Shown here one piece after another: positions 61,389 to 64,000 of a stretch of DNA of 64,000 nucleotides. The stretch is from positions 25,668,001 to 25,732,000 of the forward strand of contig OX597821.1 in the NCBI GenBank assembly GCA_951406725.2, read 5' to 3'. The stretch comes from Octopus vulgaris. Its lineage: Eukaryota. The stretch's first letter is position 1; every line of letters begins with the position of its first letter. The notes under the pieces are model-generated. The model was not told the DNA's origin. It did not search any database and worked only from the letters and a program-made list of their open reading frames with translations. The position numbers and the translations under genes are program-made.

Positions 61389-62394
61389 ATGTATATATAT
61401 ATATATCATTTTGTGTGTGTATAGGCAAGTGTTTATGTATGCATCTCTATCAATATTTATGGAATGTGAGATTGGATTTTTCACTGAGAATATTTGTGCA
61501 TGTTTGTGTATATTTCCTTAGGTCACAATGAGCAACTATCCATTTGTCTGTCTGTCTAGATAAACCTTCACCAATATTATCATCAGCACCAATACAATCA
61601 GCATCAGTACCAAAAACCAATACAACACCACCACTATCAACCCACCATCTCCTTAATGAACAGTAACAACAACAACAATAGTATGAGCAAGATAAGTAAC
61701 TCCACATAAAATATAAATCAATTACATGAGAGAATGTGTTACTTTAGCGCATTTTAAATGTTGATTGAAATGCGTTTGATCTTAAGTCAACAACAATTAA
61801 CACAAGACTAAACAGTAATGGCAATACAAGTAAAATGAACAATATGACCACTGGCACCACCAACAATTCCTCCACCATCACCAATACCAATACAACCAAC
61901 CCACCAACTTTTGAATAAGCAATTGGCAAAACAATGATAGAATCAGTATTATAGCAATGTCTGTAGCTACATATGTGGTATGTCAGTACACTGGTGTATG
62001 TATGTGAATATATGTTTGAGCAGAGTGTGGAGTTTTTATGGCTCAAGTCAGAGGTGCAAAGAGCAATGAACCCAGTAACTCTTCAACTAACTTTAATCAT
62101 ACAGTAATTCCTCCCATCTCACTCCTTCATTTTCTCATTTTCATTCTTACATCCAAAGGAATAAGACAATAGTGGTTTGTTCTCACAAAACAGTTCTTTT
62201 CTTATGTTATTTGGCAATGTTCTGCCATTTATATTGTGACCTTCAAACCTCAAGTGTATACCTGGCACTTGCCACCATCTCTCTCTCTTCTTTTACTCAA
62301 CCATCCCATTTATATCTTAATCCTTGTCCCTTGTGAGTATGAACAGCACTTTGTCACCATCTCTCTCTCGCTCTCTCTTGTACTCTTGCTGTCT

Positions 62395-62442
<48 letters not shown>

Positions 62443-62679
62443 CTGCTCTTCTCTTGGGATGGGGAACCATGTATCTCCTTTATAGCAGCACACCTCTTTC
62501 TGTCCTCATTCTTGATCTCTCCTCCCACCCAGCCAGGTAACACTGTACCTCTTCTACAGCAAGACACCTGTTTCTGTCTCTCTCACTATAACCTTTTATC
62601 ATCTGGCACAAGATTACTTCCTCCTATGCCCCCTCCCCCTCTAAAAGGATTTTTGTCTTTCAAGTTACTTGGTGGCCCT

Positions 62680-62967
62680 GCCAGCGCTGATGCCACATAA
62701 AAAGCATCCAGTCCACACTGCAAAGTGGTTGGCATTTGGAAGGGCATTCAGCTGTAAAAACCTTGCCAAAACTGACCTTGCCTGTGCTTGTGCCACATGA
62801 AAAGCACTCAGTCCACTCTGCTGGATGGTTGGTGTTAGGAAAGGTGTCCAGCTGTAAAAAGCCTGCCAAAACAAACTCAGAAATCTGGTGCAGGCTCCTG
62901 CCTGGCCAGCTCCTGTCACGCCATTCAACCCATGCCAGCATGAAAGGCAGATGCTAAAGGATGATGA
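62680..62967 (+). mobile_element. RTE-type 3' end, tandemly duplicated
   Basis: Two successive AAAAGCA...GGTTGG...GGAAGGGCAT-like blocks followed by a GATGATGA tail. Confidence 0.75.
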
Positions 62968-64000
62968 GTTTACAATGAACTCAGTTGCTACACTGAACTG
63001 TACAAAGAGACAATGCACTACACACATCAAACAATTATTGATAAGTTCTTCTCTGGAGTTGATGTTGATGACGCTGAACTAGGAGACAGAAGACAGTGTC
63101 CCTCACCCTCCTAGTAACTCTCATTCCACCACCACTACCATCACCATCCTTCACTTAGTAGTCAATATCTTTTGTGCTAAGGATGTACCCTATTATGCTA
63201 TTACAGTTCTTATTTATTCCCTAATGTATTCCCCTTCAAATGTTTTTATGCATACATATTGTACTACGAACATTTAGAAATTATTTTCATACAGAATCGT
63301 GGTCAGGCTGCTTATTTTTTGTTGTTGTCCTTTCAAAAAATTTGTCAGAAACTCTTTATCACTTTTATAGCATGAAAATCAATCAGAAAAATAATTTTTT
63401 GTTATGGGATTTCATGTTATGACAAGTTTTTCCAGGAACACATTATTCCCGTAATGTGGGGGATTTTTGCAAGTAGTTAATAGCAATGACACAATTATCT
63501 GTCTCAAACAACTCAAAAGATGAAGTCAAAGAAAGCCGGAATTGGTGAAGCTCTGTGCAATTAACTAACTTAAAATATCAGGAGAGTTTAGTGGACTGTG
63601 TTTGTTATGTAAGAGGATGTCATGAGATGACCTGCTTTGATATGGCAGTGATCAAATGGTTGATAGTAGCTGAGATAATAACAGTAGATGAAGTTGAATT
63701 TCAAAGCAAGGGTGAAGCTGCAAAAGGACAAGCATGTTTGGAGCAACAGTGAGATTAACTGATGCAGTTATTTAAACTCTGGTCAACCTATGGTCAAAGA
63801 CAATCCAGGAGTGAAGAACCCATCTTTGATTTTGTCACAGTATGCCCAGGACTATGTTAACCAATGTCCTTCTTTTCTAAGACATTAGGGTGTGATTTAA
63901 GAATGATTTAGTTGCTATTTCTGGTAGGATAAATAACCTTGTTCATTGGCACATAAATGATGCAGATAGATTATAATGGCGAAAAGAGGTCTACACAAAG

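Overview
AT-rich, repeat-saturated eukaryotic DNA. The SINE families, RTE/CR1/Tx1 LINEs and (CA)/(TA)/(CAT) microsatellites resemble a cephalopod (Octopus-like) genome; this is inferred from repeat content. I recognise no host protein-coding exon, so the window reads as a long intron or intergenic region. Nearly all ORFs in the track are microsatellite read-through or decayed TE fragments. Contents: a near-complete decayed CR1/L2-group LINE ORF2 (~6.9-10.1 kb), several RTE-clade and one Tx1-like LINE fragment, a Gypsy-type LTR element lacking RT/RNase H nested in a SINE (43.1-46.4 kb), two solo LTRs, mariner/Tc1/pogo remnants, TTAA MITEs, a non-autonomous Helitron and many tRNA-derived SINEs. 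Most interesting signals: (1) several Penelope-like inverted-repeat insertions with hammerhead-ribozyme folds, one with the canonical CUGAUGA core and three with non-canonical cores (UUGAAAA, UUGGAAAA, GUGAACA), one of which has captured ~140 bp of neighbouring DNA; (2) a 1.25-kb long-TIR element carrying two tandem tRNA-gene-like cassettes with their own oligo-T terminators; (3) a tandemly repeated, apparently covarying H-type pseudoknot in the RTE 3' UTRs; (4) a solo LTR with a symmetric NRF1-ETS-ETS-NRF1 motif cassette.
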